From NCBI GenBank assembly GCA_963749155.1, contig CAVVLO010000003.1, forward strand, positions 515,352 to 579,351: a stretch of 64,000 nt of DNA. The letters are read 5' to 3'. A program made the translations under genes and the position numbers. Below are positions 30,482 to 41,500 of the stretch, in pieces; the stretch's first letter is position 1, and every line of letters starts with the position of its first letter. The stretch is from an uncultured Armatimonadia bacterium. Its GTDB lineage: Bacteria; Armatimonadota; Zipacnadia; CAVVLO01. Under the pieces are notes generated by a model that searched no databases, was not told the DNA's origin, and worked only from the letters and a program-made list of their open reading frames with translations.

Positions 30482-31738
30482 TTACTCCAGCCCGTAGAAC
30501 TTCGCGGGGTTGTCGTGGAGCCAGGCCTCCGAGATGAATTTGGCGCCGTCGAGATCGAGCTTGCCACTCGCGATGCGCTCCGCCAGGGCCTCGGCGATAG
30601 TCTCCCTCGCCATTACGAGATGGCCGTAGACGTTCTCCACCGCCCAGATGTAGTCCGCGCCAAACCCGAACACCTTGTTGACCGGCACCGTGTCCAGCAG
30701 TTCGTTGATGGTGCGACGAGTTATCTCCTGGCTGACCGCATAACACCAGCACAGGTTGAGGTGCACGTTGGCGAAGCTCTTGGCGAGGAAGACAGCCTCG
30801 CGCGCATACGGCATCCCGAGGTGGTAGACCTCCATCCGGGTGCCTGGATGGCGCATAGCCAGGTCGATGACATTTTCCGGCTGCATCAGACGGAAGTCGT
30901 TCCACACGCCAGTGTGGATTGCGATAGGCCAGTCCCACTCCCCGGCTTTGCGAAGCACCCAGTCGCGTACCGTGCCCGCCAGGACAGGCGCCGCGGGCTT
31001 GCCGGCCTTTACCTCGAGATAGGCGAGACGGGCGGCGTCCATATCCGCCTGGGGAAACACCAAAGCGCCGATCTTGAACCCCACCGCGCCGGCTGAACGC
31101 GCCTTCAGGAGGTGCGTTTCGAAGGCTTCGAGATACTCGTCCAGGGTCGCAAGGGGCTTCCCCACTTCCTCCTCCAGCGCCGAGAGGAACATCGTATGGC
31201 AGAAATCGTAGCTTGCGGTGTTGCTGAAGAGGGGCGTGAAGAGGTCAGCGGGGTCCTGCCCCTCCACCATACCGTTCTGCACGATGGCGGTGCGGATATT
31301 ACACTTGTCGCGCAGGATGCGGTGATAGAGGCCTTTGGTGTTGGCGGCCTGCATCCGCGCGGAGATTTCCTGATAGTTATCCTCGCCCAGTTCTGTCACA
31401 TCGTAGAGGTCGCGCAAGGCGAGGGCACTTGGGCGATAATAGGTGCCAAAGCGGATCTGCTGCAGCCAGGGCCAGGCGAGCTTCCAGCGCTCTTCAAGCG
31501 GCATATTGGTGTCGAGGAAGAAGTTCCCTCCGATGCCGTTTGCCAGGCCTTCGGTCGGCATCCCGGCGCTCATCGTGTCGACGAAGGCGTAGAGCGAGAA
31601 CAGTGTCAGCACATCTACCTGACGCTCCAGACGGCGGTATTCGGGGACCAGATGCTCGTGGCAGTCGATGATGGTGAGGCCGCTCATATGCGCGATGAGG
31701 TCGTTCCGGGCTTCTTCATAGCGGTTGGAGAGGTTCAT
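30482..31738 (-). CDS. Amidohydrolase-superfamily protein, tandem copy 2
   Basis: MNLSNRY start, DCHEH, HTG, YHLG and FGFGAD. Collinear with copy 1 at an offset of 1481 bp. Confidence 0.85.
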   Translation of the reverse strand: MNLSNRYEEARNDLIAHMSGLTIIDCHEHLVPEYRRLERQVDVLTLFSLYAFVDTMSAGMPTEGLANGIGGNFFLDTNMPLEERWKLAWPWLQQIRFGTYYRPSALALRDLYDVTELGEDNYQEISARMQAANTKGLYHRILRDKCNIRTAIVQNGMVEGQDPADLFTPLFSNTASYDFCHTMFLSALEEEVGKPLATLDEYLEAFETHLLKARSAGAVGFKIGALVFPQADMDAARLAYLEVKAGKPAAPVLAGTVRDWVLRKAGEWDWPIAIHTGVWNDFRLMQPENVIDLAMRHPGTRMEVYHLGMPYAREAVFLAKSFANVHLNLCWCYAVSQEITRRTINELLDTVPVNKVFGFGADYIWAVENVYGHLVMARETIAEALAERIASGKLDLDGAKFISEAWLHDNPAKFYGLE

Positions 31739-31909
31739 TACTAAGGACTCCTTTCCATCAGGCAAATATTTGGTCACTAATTGCGATGTTAGCCCATAGA
31801 AAAGGTATTAAGCAAGGAAGGGAAAACGCCAATCTAGGGTAAAATGGAAACAGCAGACCGCCAGTTGCCCGACGGGCTGGTGTAAGAGTGTGCCAAGGGG
31901 AGGGTTCTG

Positions 31910-32820
31910 ATGCGCAAATTTTCAACTGATTGGGCGCGCCTTATCGCTTTAATGGTCGCGCTCAGCCTTAACGCTTCTCATTGCCGCCGGTTGCGGCGGA
32001 GGCGGGGGCACAAGCGCCACTCCGCTGACTGTGGACGAAGCGGCCACGCTAACACGGGAAGCAAGCTCGCCCACCGGACCGCTACCACCCGAGCTCGAGA
32101 GCACTTTTATGGAAGTGCTGGTCATCAGCGGGGGCGCATATCTTGACAGCAAAGCGGCCGAGGCGCGGGCAATTGGCGAAGATTATGATTTCACAGTAAA
32201 CGGTATCCACTTCGTGGGCGCAAGTTCGGTGGACGACCTGACGGGCGCCATCTCGGGCAGTGGCACCATCCAGGGCACGCTGGCAGGCACGGACACCCCT
32301 GCTGACGGGACTGTAGTGGACCTAACCCACAGCTTCAGTATGTGGCTCTCCTTTACCCAGACAGTCGCTGGCAGTATCACCCCGCCAGGCGAGCCCACTT
32401 ACGGCATCGACAGAACCTGGGAAGGCACTTTTAATGGCTCTGTGGCGGCTTTTACAGACGAGACAGAACTCACCTATGATGGAGTCTGGGTCTTCCGCAA
32501 CTCCCTCGAGATGACAGTTGACGTAACGGGCGAGGACTTCGTACTGACGCAGGACGGCACCTCTGAGGCGCGCAAGAGCGATGACTCAGGGGCGGGAGTA
32601 GAAGTAGTCTTCGACCAGGTGAGTTATTATCTGGACGATGATTTCCAGCCGTATTATACGGCGGGCACTATCAGCGTCGAGAGTTATGATGGATACACTG
32701 CCGAATTGACAGTGCAGCCTGATGGCACGATGCAGGGCGACCTCGTACGATCCGGCGGATGTGCTGGTTGGCACGCTCACGCTGGAGGGGTGGCTCCTCT
32801 CCTTCGTCGAAGTCGTCTAG
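31910..32820 (+). CDS. Acidic beta-rich lipoprotein of unknown function (frameshifts near 31970 and ~32750)
   Basis: RBS GGGGAGGG. MRKFSTDWARLIALMVALSL joins ...LLIAAGCGGGGGTSATPLTVDEAA in the frame of ORF 32031.. onward. Confidence 0.6.
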
Positions 32821-32842
32821 CAACTTGCCGAACAAGTGAAGC

Positions 32843-32876
32843 AAAAAGCCCGGGCCAAAGTGGCTCGGGCTTTTTT
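32843..32876 (+). terminator. Rho-independent terminator
   Basis: AAAAAGCCCGGGCC-aaagt-GGCTCGGGCTTTTTT. Confidence 0.8.
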
Positions 32877-32890
32877 ATGGCGTCTTTCCC

Positions 32891-33330
32891 TCTGGTTTCG
32901 GCCCTGAAAGGGTGCAAGGGTAGAACCCTTGCACCATCGGTTTTCAAGGGTCTGATGGTGCAGGGGCTCGGCCCCTGCACCTTATGGTTTCGGGAACAAG
33001 TTCCCGAAACACGCGGTAGGCGTCTGGCATCGGCGCGTCGAAGGGGCGGGTCTGAGACCCGCCCAGCCTTCTCGCGTGCTCTCTCCGAAGGGTGCAGGGT
33101 GACCGTGGTCTGGAGACCCGCCCAGCCTTTCTCGCGTGCTCTCTCCGAAAGGGTGCAAGGGTAGAACCCTTGCACCATCGGTTTTTGGAGACCCGCCCAG
33201 CCTTTATTTGTGTGTTTTGAAAGGGTGCAAGGGTAGAACCCTTGCACCATCGGTTTCTGGAGACCCGCCCAGCCTTCTGCGGCGCGAAGCGAAACCGGGG
33301 TGCAGGGGCGAGTCGCCCCTGCGCTCTTCC
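32891..33330. repeat. REP-like mosaic cluster 7
   Basis: GGGTGCAAGGGTAGAACCCTTGCACCATCGGTTT three times, GAGACCCGCCCAGCCTT four times, GTTTCGGGAACAAGTTCCCGAAAC and GGGGTGCAGGGGCGAGTCGCCCCTGC. Confidence 0.9.
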
Positions 33331-33344
33331 CCAGATTTGGGCGC

Positions 33345-35269
33345 TTACACCATATCTCCAAACCGGTCGTCGATATAGGCGACGCCGCGGCTCTTGTCGT
33401 CGAAAGCATCGGCGCGATAGGGCCACAGGCAGAAAGCGAAGTCGTCTGTCAGGCGCACGGCCTTCACCACGAGGCGGTTGGGGCCGGCCTTCAGCTTGCA
33501 GCCAATCCACGCCTCGTTGGTCGTCCACGAGGTCGACTTCTCGGTGCGGTAGACCTCTTCCCCGTTGACCCACATCACGAAGGGGCCGACGTTGCCGCCG
33601 ATGAGCACCTGGTCGCAGTCGAAGGGGGCGACGAACTCCCGGGTGAAGTAATAGCAGGCCTCGCCTGTGAAGCCGCCCATATCGTCCTGGTCGAAGTAGT
33701 CGGTTGAGCTCTCCAGCTTGAAGGGGTACTCCTCCGGCAGCGGCCCGGCCAGCAGTGCCGCCTCGTCCAGGTACGGCTTGGTTAGGTAGGCATACTGATG
33801 GGAGCCTGCCCTGCCGCAGCCGGCCAGATGAGGGTTCTTCTTCACCTCGGCGTTGTGGAAGGGGCACACCTCCCCGTATTGCTCGATGTCGTAGATGTCC
33901 CAGTAAGGGCCGTAGAGGGTCCATTGGCGCGCGCCGGCCAGGCCAAAAGTCAGGAGAGTTGCCCTTCTCCCTCCCAGCGCAGCTCGAAGAGATTCTTGTC
34001 CATCAGAGGGCCGGCGCCTTCGCGCCTGCCAACGGTGAAGCCGACCACCTGCGACTCGCCCTCGGCAAGTTCCAACTCGACCTGCTGGGGCGAAACGCGC
34101 ACGCCCTCGGGCGGGGTGAGCGAGAGAACACCCTGCTTGCGACCGCCGTTGTTCTCGACCAGCACCTCGACGTCGGTCGTGCGTTCCGCCCAGAGGGTCG
34201 GCGCGCCGAGGTAGGCAACGTTCAGTTCAACCTCGCTCACTTCCGGCCAGCGCACATGCACCAGTGGGGCCGAGGTGATCTCGACCAGCGGACTGCGAGC
34301 CAGGGTGACCTCGACACCGACCCGGGCGGTGTCCTCGGAGAACTCCGAAAGGAGAGACGTCTTGTGCGCGACCTCTACATCGCAGGCGAGGCGATCGCCG
34401 AGGCGCTCCTTCCAAGGGGCGGGGATGGCCTCGCCACCGATCAGGATACCAAGCAGCGCGCCGACGGTCGCGGCGGTGCAGTCGGTGTCCCAGCCGGAGT
34501 TCAGCGAGATAAGCAAGGTCTGGTCGAAGTCTCCCTCGCCCAGCCTCAGGGCCATCTGCAGCAGCGCCTGGTTGGTTATGGCTTTGCTGCAGTCGCGATG
34601 ACCCCAGCGGCGGATGATATCGGTCCAGGCCTGCTGCCAGTCATCGGTGCACTCGCACAGCAACTCTACCTCGCGCGTAACCTCGGCAAGCTCCGAGTCG
34701 GGCGGGATAACCGCAAGCCCGGCGTCCAGGCACTCTTCTACCGTACTGCAGAAGAAGGCCTCGGCCGCTGCGGCAGCGAGGAAACTTTCCGCATAGACAC
34801 TGGTGCGGATGTGATCGAGCTGGCCATCTTGCCTCGCGTAGTGAGCGGCAAGCTCGGGATTGCCCGGGCAGATGACACCCCAGATCTCGCTGCGGATGGG
34901 GCAGCCCATAGACTCGCGGAACCACTTGTTGTTGAAGCCGCCCGACAGCGGCGGTGCGATGCCGCGCTGCCAGTTGTAAAGGAAGGAGCCATATTCTGCA
35001 AAGTTGTACCAGCAGTGGTCCTGCCAATACTGCGCCAGGTCCCGGCTGGTGATGAAGGGGCCCTTCTCCTCAAGCAGCTCGAGCCAGACGACCTGGATGT
35101 CGAGATCATCGTTGGGCATTATCTCGGCGGGCCAACAGTCATCCAGGCAGAAGTCCATCCTCAGCTTGTGGCCCTCCACCGGGGCGCCAATAGTGCCCCC
35201 AACGGATTTCCCAATCCAGGCGCCTAGAATCTTGTCAACGTAGGTGGGGTATTCGATTGCGCGTTTCAC
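33345..35269 (-). CDS. ADP-ribosylglycohydrolase-family protein with C-terminal beta-sandwich domains (frameshift ~33950)
   Basis: KILGAWIGKSVGGTIGAPVEG, NDDLD, MGCPIRSEIWG and GWDTDCTAATVGALLG. It continues into ORF 33345..33869. Confidence 0.85.
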
Positions 35270-35291
35270 AGCTAATCCTCTCCTGATTAAC

Positions 35292-38200
35292 TTACTGCCC
35301 CAAAGGGGCTGTTATTTCCAGAGTCTGGGCGACTTCTGCCCGGCGGTACTTTCACAAACAACAGGCCCGGTCCGGCACATACAGCCAGCCCGATGGGACC
35401 GCATCGTCGAACTGGCCCACTTCAGGCACTTCCGCGCCGGCGCAGGTTACTCCGGTCGGTTTGCCAAGTCCAGCCAGCAGCACGAGATAGCTCTGCGGCT
35501 GGGGCTTCTCCAGCACGAGCTTCAACCCTCCATCCGCAAGAGGGGCCGCGTCGGTGACTTTGGCTGAGGTGGTCCAGCGCACTTCCTTCCCCGCAAGTGT
35601 GGCGGTGGAGGTCGTCCAGGATTCGTCCTCGCCCAGCATCCGGACGAAGTGCTTCACGATTATGAGCGGGTTGATACCAGGGCCGCCAGGTGTCTTGCTA
35701 CCCGTCTGCATAAAGTCGGGATACAGCCCAAGCTGCTCGCCCTCGTCATACTGCCAGCGATGGCCTGCTTCGGCGATATAGAGAGCGGTCATCCCCCAGG
35801 GAAAGGTGAGCTTGCCCAGGCTCTCCTCCATCTCGGCCAGGTCAAACAGGGCGGTTGCGAACTCCAGCCCCACCCATTGCACCGGGCGGCCTGGCCACCA
35901 TTCGTGGCCCAGCACCGAGACCGTACTGCCAAACATAAGCGGCCAGTCGGGATAGCTCCACCAGTAGATGAAGGGTAGACTGATGGTCGCCCAATAGCGC
36001 GCCTGGTCGATATACTTCAGGTCTTTTGTGAGGCGGTAGGCCGCAAGGCAGCAGCGGATGCCCAGGCCGGCGGCGCGCAGATTAGGATCGTGAAGCTGGA
36101 TCTCCCACACCTCGGCGCCCTCGGGCCGCTCGAGCGTCTCCATAAAATCACAGGCTTTGAGGCCAGCAGCGGTGAGCTCGCGGATCGCCTGTATACTCGG
36201 CCCAGGTCAGGATTGGCAACGCCGCCATCGCGGTCGTACCGAGAGAAGTGTCGCCCTCCTTCCCCGTTGGCTCGCCTTGCCATAGTATCTCGTGATAGGG
36301 GAAGGACCCATCGGCGCGCTGCTCCGCGAGGGAGGCCTTTGCCGCCCCATATTCGCCCATCAGCGCGGTAGGATTCAGCCCCCACTGCCAGCACAGGTCC
36401 CGCGTGAACAAGCCACCCCGACCCTCCGCTTTCGCGCGGTCAAGGGCCGTCTCGACCACTGCGGCGGTCTGGGCGACCTGGGCTGGGTCGAGGTCCAGCT
36501 TGTCCTCGCCCGCCAACTCGACAACCTTCCAGAGATACCAGACCAGATCGGGCGCGAGCCAGTTCTTGCTGCCGCCAAGCTCGGGAAGCTGCGAACTCCA
36601 CATCGCGGTATCGGGGTGCCAAAGGGTCTTCGTGAAAGCCGCCAGGCTGAGGTTCAGGGCCTCCGAGGGCGATACAAGCTGGCGCTCATCTCCCGGCACA
36701 GGGAAGCCTTCGCGCCTAAAGTAATCCAGCACCAGTGTGGGAAGCTCTCTCTCCGCCTGGGTTGTTAGCGTTGCGCTCAGAGTAAGCGCCTTGCCGGCAC
36801 CCAGTTGGTAGGGCCTGGCGGGCGCAGAATCGTTCTCGGCAAGCCAGTCCGGGACACTCGGCAGCGCCAGTTCGAGCAGATGGTTGTCGTAACCCTCAAG
36901 CCAGTTGGGTGAGGCGAAGCGCGCGGTCGGGTAGCGGTGCTCGCCATCCCATTTCTGCAGAGGATCCCACATAAGGCCCGCCGAGAGGCCGGCCTTCAGC
37001 ACAAACATATAGGGGAAGGTGACCATCCCCGGCTGCGGCTGGAAGCGCGGACTGCGCCCGCTGGAGGGCTCTCCGGCAAGCAGCATATCGGCCGAGGCGA
37101 AGAGGGCCCAGTCCTTTTCCGCGCCGAAGCTGCCCTCACCCGGATAGAGGCGCAAGGCCGTGAATCGCAGCAACTCGGCGTCCCCATCACAGGTGAGACT
37201 GCTCTGGACTGGCAGAAAACCGCCAGGCTCGAAACGAAACCGGACGGTCAGTGTCCAGGTTCGTCCCAAGCTGTCGGAGGCCTGACCGCTCAGTTCTGTC
37301 TTGTTCTCTAGCAGGGCCGGCTTGTCAGTGAAGACAAACCGCAGCAACTCTGGCTTGCCTTCCTCTCCCAGGCAGGTTACCTGACCGAGCCAGGGCAGCA
37401 CAGCGGTGGTCGTCCACTGGCCTGCCTGTTTTGCCTGCAGCAGCGCGGGACCCCACTCCTCCCCCATCGGCAGGAAGAGCAGTCGCTGCGCCTCATCCCC
37501 CAGCGGGGCGCCCTGCTGGAGCGCGTTGGAAGAGACAATTGGCGCCTGGGTAAGGCTCTCGGCAAGCAGGTTGCCCTCCTTATCAAGCAGCCGAACGCGC
37601 AGTTCGCGCAGGCCAGCAAAAGCAGGCAACCAGCGAAAAGTGAGGAGGCTCTCAGCGCCTGATTCCAGGGCCGGTAAAGCGAGGCGCAGTGCTTTGTCGG
37701 GCAACTCGCTTTCGCCACAGCCAAGCAGTTCCAGCGCGCAGGGGCTGGAGGGCTGGCCGCCGGTGTTCCGCGCCATAACGGTGATGGTGGTTTCCTTCCC
37801 CACGGTACTGAGGACCGCCGCGGGCCTCACGCTGACCAGTTCGAGCCGCGGTCCGACCTCATGGAAAGCGATCTGGGCCAGTTCAATCGTCGAAGCAGGG
37901 CCAACGCCGAGGATCAGGTGAGCGAAAGCGGCCCCCTCCGGCGCGCGGAAGTCGCCTCCGTGCGGGGTGAAGCTGGCCGGGATATTGGCGCCCTTCCAGT
38001 CATTGGCGTAGCTGAGATGGCGATGCTGGGCATCGAGCCAGTCGATTGTCACCTTATAGCCTGACTGACCTTCCGGCTCGCGCACAAGGCAGGTCAGAGA
38101 GTAGAGGACGCCGCTTTGCACTGGGAAAGGAGTGGAAGAGACTTGCGTCTCGACGCCTGCCGCACCTCTCTCGGTCAGCCGGATAGCAGGCCCGACAGGG

Positions 38201-38370
38201 GTATCAACGAGGGCGACCTCACCAGTTGGGCCTGGGTTGCTGGCCCAATTTGCAAGCCCCTCGGAGAAGTCGGCGTTCAGTACCAGATTCGGGGTAGCCC
38301 AGCCTGAATCCTGGGCCAGACAAGGCAAAACAAAGAGCAGCAGCACTAGCAAGGCTAGCCAGAAGGGCAT
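35292..38370 (-). CDS. Large secreted protein: CBM4/9-like and CARDB-like domains plus a putative alpha/alpha-toroid catalytic domain (frameshifts ~36150 and ~35370)
   Basis: Signal peptide, NLVLNADFSEGLANW, ITVMARNTGG, and a C-terminal piece AEVWEIQLHDPNLRAA...AYRLTKDLKYIDQARYWA...WWPGRPVQWVGL. Confidence 0.6.
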
Positions 38371-38509
38371 AAGTATTCCTCCAAGGTGGAGCGTCTACCA
38401 TTTTGGGGTTTATATGGCCACTGGTCAACTGCTATTATGCAACGCGGCAGGGGGCTGGCTCAGGCTGGCGAACCTGCGAGGCGCAAGTGAAGCGCAAGTT
38501 TAGGAGGCG

Positions 38510-41500
38510 TTGAGTTTGTTGGTGGACAAGAAGATACTTGGCAAGTTGAAGGATATTGAAGGGCGATATTTCCTTTTGCTGTTTGAGAAGGTTGGCCTGG
38601 CCGAGGCTCGTATGGCCGAGACGAAAGACCACTTCCGCACAGTCCCTGGCCCTGAGGCAGGACTTGAATGGGAGCCGGCCGAGCCGGGCGCCAAATGGGG
38701 CGGCGACTGGATTACCGCCTGGTTCGTTGCAGACTATACCGCATCGGTCGCCGATGAGGGCAAGCCGCTCTTTCTGAAAGGCAATCCCGGCGCCGAGGCG
38801 CTGTTCTTCGTAGACGGCGAACCGAACGGCGTCTTCGACCCAAACCATCCCGTCGTGCGCATCACTGGCAAAGCCGTCGCCGGCAAGACCTACCAGCTCG
38901 CGCTGGAAGCCTATGCAGGCCATACCTTCCCCGGCACTCAACCAAACGAAGTGGCGCGCCCAGTGGGGCGCGATTCCAGGACCTTCGGCGGGATGGAGGT
39001 CGGCTTTATCCGCGAGGACATCGCAGGCTTCTGCTTCGACCTGAGGACGCTCATCCAGCTTGTCGAAGTGCTGGACGGCAACACTCTGCGCCGCAACAAG
39101 GTAATGAAAGGGCTCGAGCAAGTTTTCGCAATCGTCGATGCGCTGCCGGGCGAAGGCAGTGAAGACCACTGGCGGCCCAGGCTGGCCCAGGCCCGCGAGG
39201 TTATGAAGCCCCTGCTCGAGAGCGTAAACGGCCCCACCACGCCCTGGATGCCCATCATCGGGCACTCTCACATTGACACCGCGTGGCTTTGGACGCTGGC
39301 CGAGACCTGGCGCAAGTGCGCGCGCACCTTCAGCTCGATGCTCAACCTGATGGACCAGTATCCCGAGTTGCTGTTCATCCAGACCGCGCCCTGCCACGCC
39401 GAAAAGATGCTGGAGCTTTATCCCTCCCTCTTCGAGCGGATGAAGGCGATGGCGGCCGAGGGGCGCTGGGAGCCCAATGGCGCGATGTGGCTGGAGCCTG
39501 ATTGCAATATCCCGAGCGGCGAGGCCTTTGCGCGGCAGCTGCTCGTTGGGCAGCAGTTCACGCGGGAGCATTTCGGCTACACCTCCAACACTTTGTGGCT
39601 GCCGGACGTGTTCGGCTATTCGGCCGCGCTGCCTCAGTTGCTGAAGGGCGCCAAGGTGGACTATTTCTGCACCACCAAGATAGCCTGGAACGACACGACG
39701 CGCTTCCCGTACGACACTTTCTGGTGGAAGGGCATTGATGGCACCGAGGTAGTGGCCCACTACAATGCCATCCATTGCTGGCCCGCGCCTGCCGACCTGA
39801 CCAACCAGTGGAACTGGGTGCAGCACAAGGACGCACAGGACAGGCGTATCTCGTCCTTCGGTTATGGCGATGGCGGAGGCGGGCCAATGGCCGATATGGT
39901 CGAGATGGCGCGCCGGTGTCAGGATCTGGAGGGCTGCCCGAAGGCCGTCTGGAGTCGCGTAGATGACGCCATGAGGGCTATCGAGGCCGACCTCGGCGCG
40001 AATCTGCCCACCTGGCAGGGAGAGCTCTACCTCGAAGCGCACCGCGGCACGCTGACTTCGGTCGCAGGCATCAAGCGCGGTAACCGGAAGACCGAGTTCG
40101 CGCTGAGGGAGACCGAGTTCCTCTCCACGCTGGCGATGCTGGCTGGCGCTTCCTATCCCCAAGCCGAGTTGCTGGCCCTCTGGAAGACGCTACTGACCAA
40201 CCAGTTCCATGACATCCTGCCTGGTTCGTCCATCCAGGAAGTAAATGACGAAGCAATAGCGACCTTCGCCAGGTGTATTGCCGATGCGCAGGCACTGAGC
40301 GCCGAGGCGCTTGCTGCGCTTGGCGCCGGCGAGGGCGAGGCCTTGCTCGTGGCCAACAGCCTCAGTTGGGAGCGCCAGGGCGAAGTCGAACTCGACCTTG
40401 TGCCAGATGGGATGGCGCCGGCTGGCTGCCAGAGCCAATGGGTGCAGGGCGCTTGCGGTTGCCCGAAGCTGGTCGCGGCTGGGCTCGCAATTCCGGCGCT
40501 TGGAACTCAGGTAGTAGAGCTCGTGCCTGCCTCTGAAGGAGGCGCTTCCGCCTTCCGCGTAACGGAAGAAGAACTCGAGACCCCCTTCGCCGTCCTCAAG
40601 TTTGATGAGCAGGGACGTATCGTCTCGCTGGTAGACAAAGCCAGTGGCCGCCAGGTCGTGAAGAGCGGTGGCGCGCTCAATACTTTCTGGATCGGCGAGG
40701 ACCTGCCGCAGTCCTGGGACAACTGGGATGTGGACAACGACCAGCTCCTCAAGATGGAGCAGGACTTCCGCCTCATCAGCCGGCGGGTAGTGGCTGATGG
40801 CCCCCTGCAGCTTCGCCTTCGCAGCGAGTATGAACTGGGCGCCGGCTCGCGCATCACGCAGGATATGGTCTTCCACTCGACCACCCCGCGCGTTGATTTC
40901 GACACTGTGGTGGATTGGCATGAGATCCACAAGCTGTTCAAGACGGGCTTCGAGCTGGCCGTGATGATCGAGAGCGCAAAGCACGAGATCCAGTATGGCC
41001 ATGTGGACAGGCCGACTCATCGCAACCTGCCGCAGGATATCGCCAGGTTCGAGGTCTGCGCCCACAAGTGGACGGACCTCTCGGAGGCCGATTTCGGTGT
41101 CGCGCTGCTCAATGAGTCGAAGTATGGCATCTCGGTAATCGGCACTGACGCGCGCCTCTCGCTCATCAAGAGCGGCACTCATCCCGATCCGCGCGGCGAT
41201 GAGGGCAGGCACCAGTTCACTTACAGCCTGCTGCCCCACGCGGCCTTCGGGGTTGAAAACGTGGTGCGCGAGGCCTATGAACTGAATCTGCCGCTGACTG
41301 CGGTTAGAGCCGCTCCTGACGCAAAGGCGCTGCCAGGGCTGCTGACTGTGGATGATCCCAATGTAATCGTCGAAGCCGTGAAACAGGCCGAGTCGGGCGA
41401 GGGTTTCATCGTGCGGCTTTATGAGGCTGGAAGAGGCGGCCGGAAGGCGAGAATCACCTTTGGCCTTCCCGTAAAGGCCGTGAGCCAGACCAACCTGCTG

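Noticed and set aside
30258-30938. N-terminal extension making a 645-aa amidohydrolase
   Set aside because: It reads an alternative frame of copy 2 and then palindromes. Alignment of the two copies places the start at MNLS (30257).
22160-33330. CRISPR or integron (attC) interpretation of the repeat clusters
   Set aside because: There are no unique spacers between identical repeats and no cas or integron integrase gene. I saw no consistent RYYYAAC...GTTRRRY ends, and the flanked genes lie in both orientations.
32821-33924. Several ORFs with repeated MVQGFYPCT / GCKGRTLAPS peptides
   Set aside because: Translations of family-B palindromes, not proteins.
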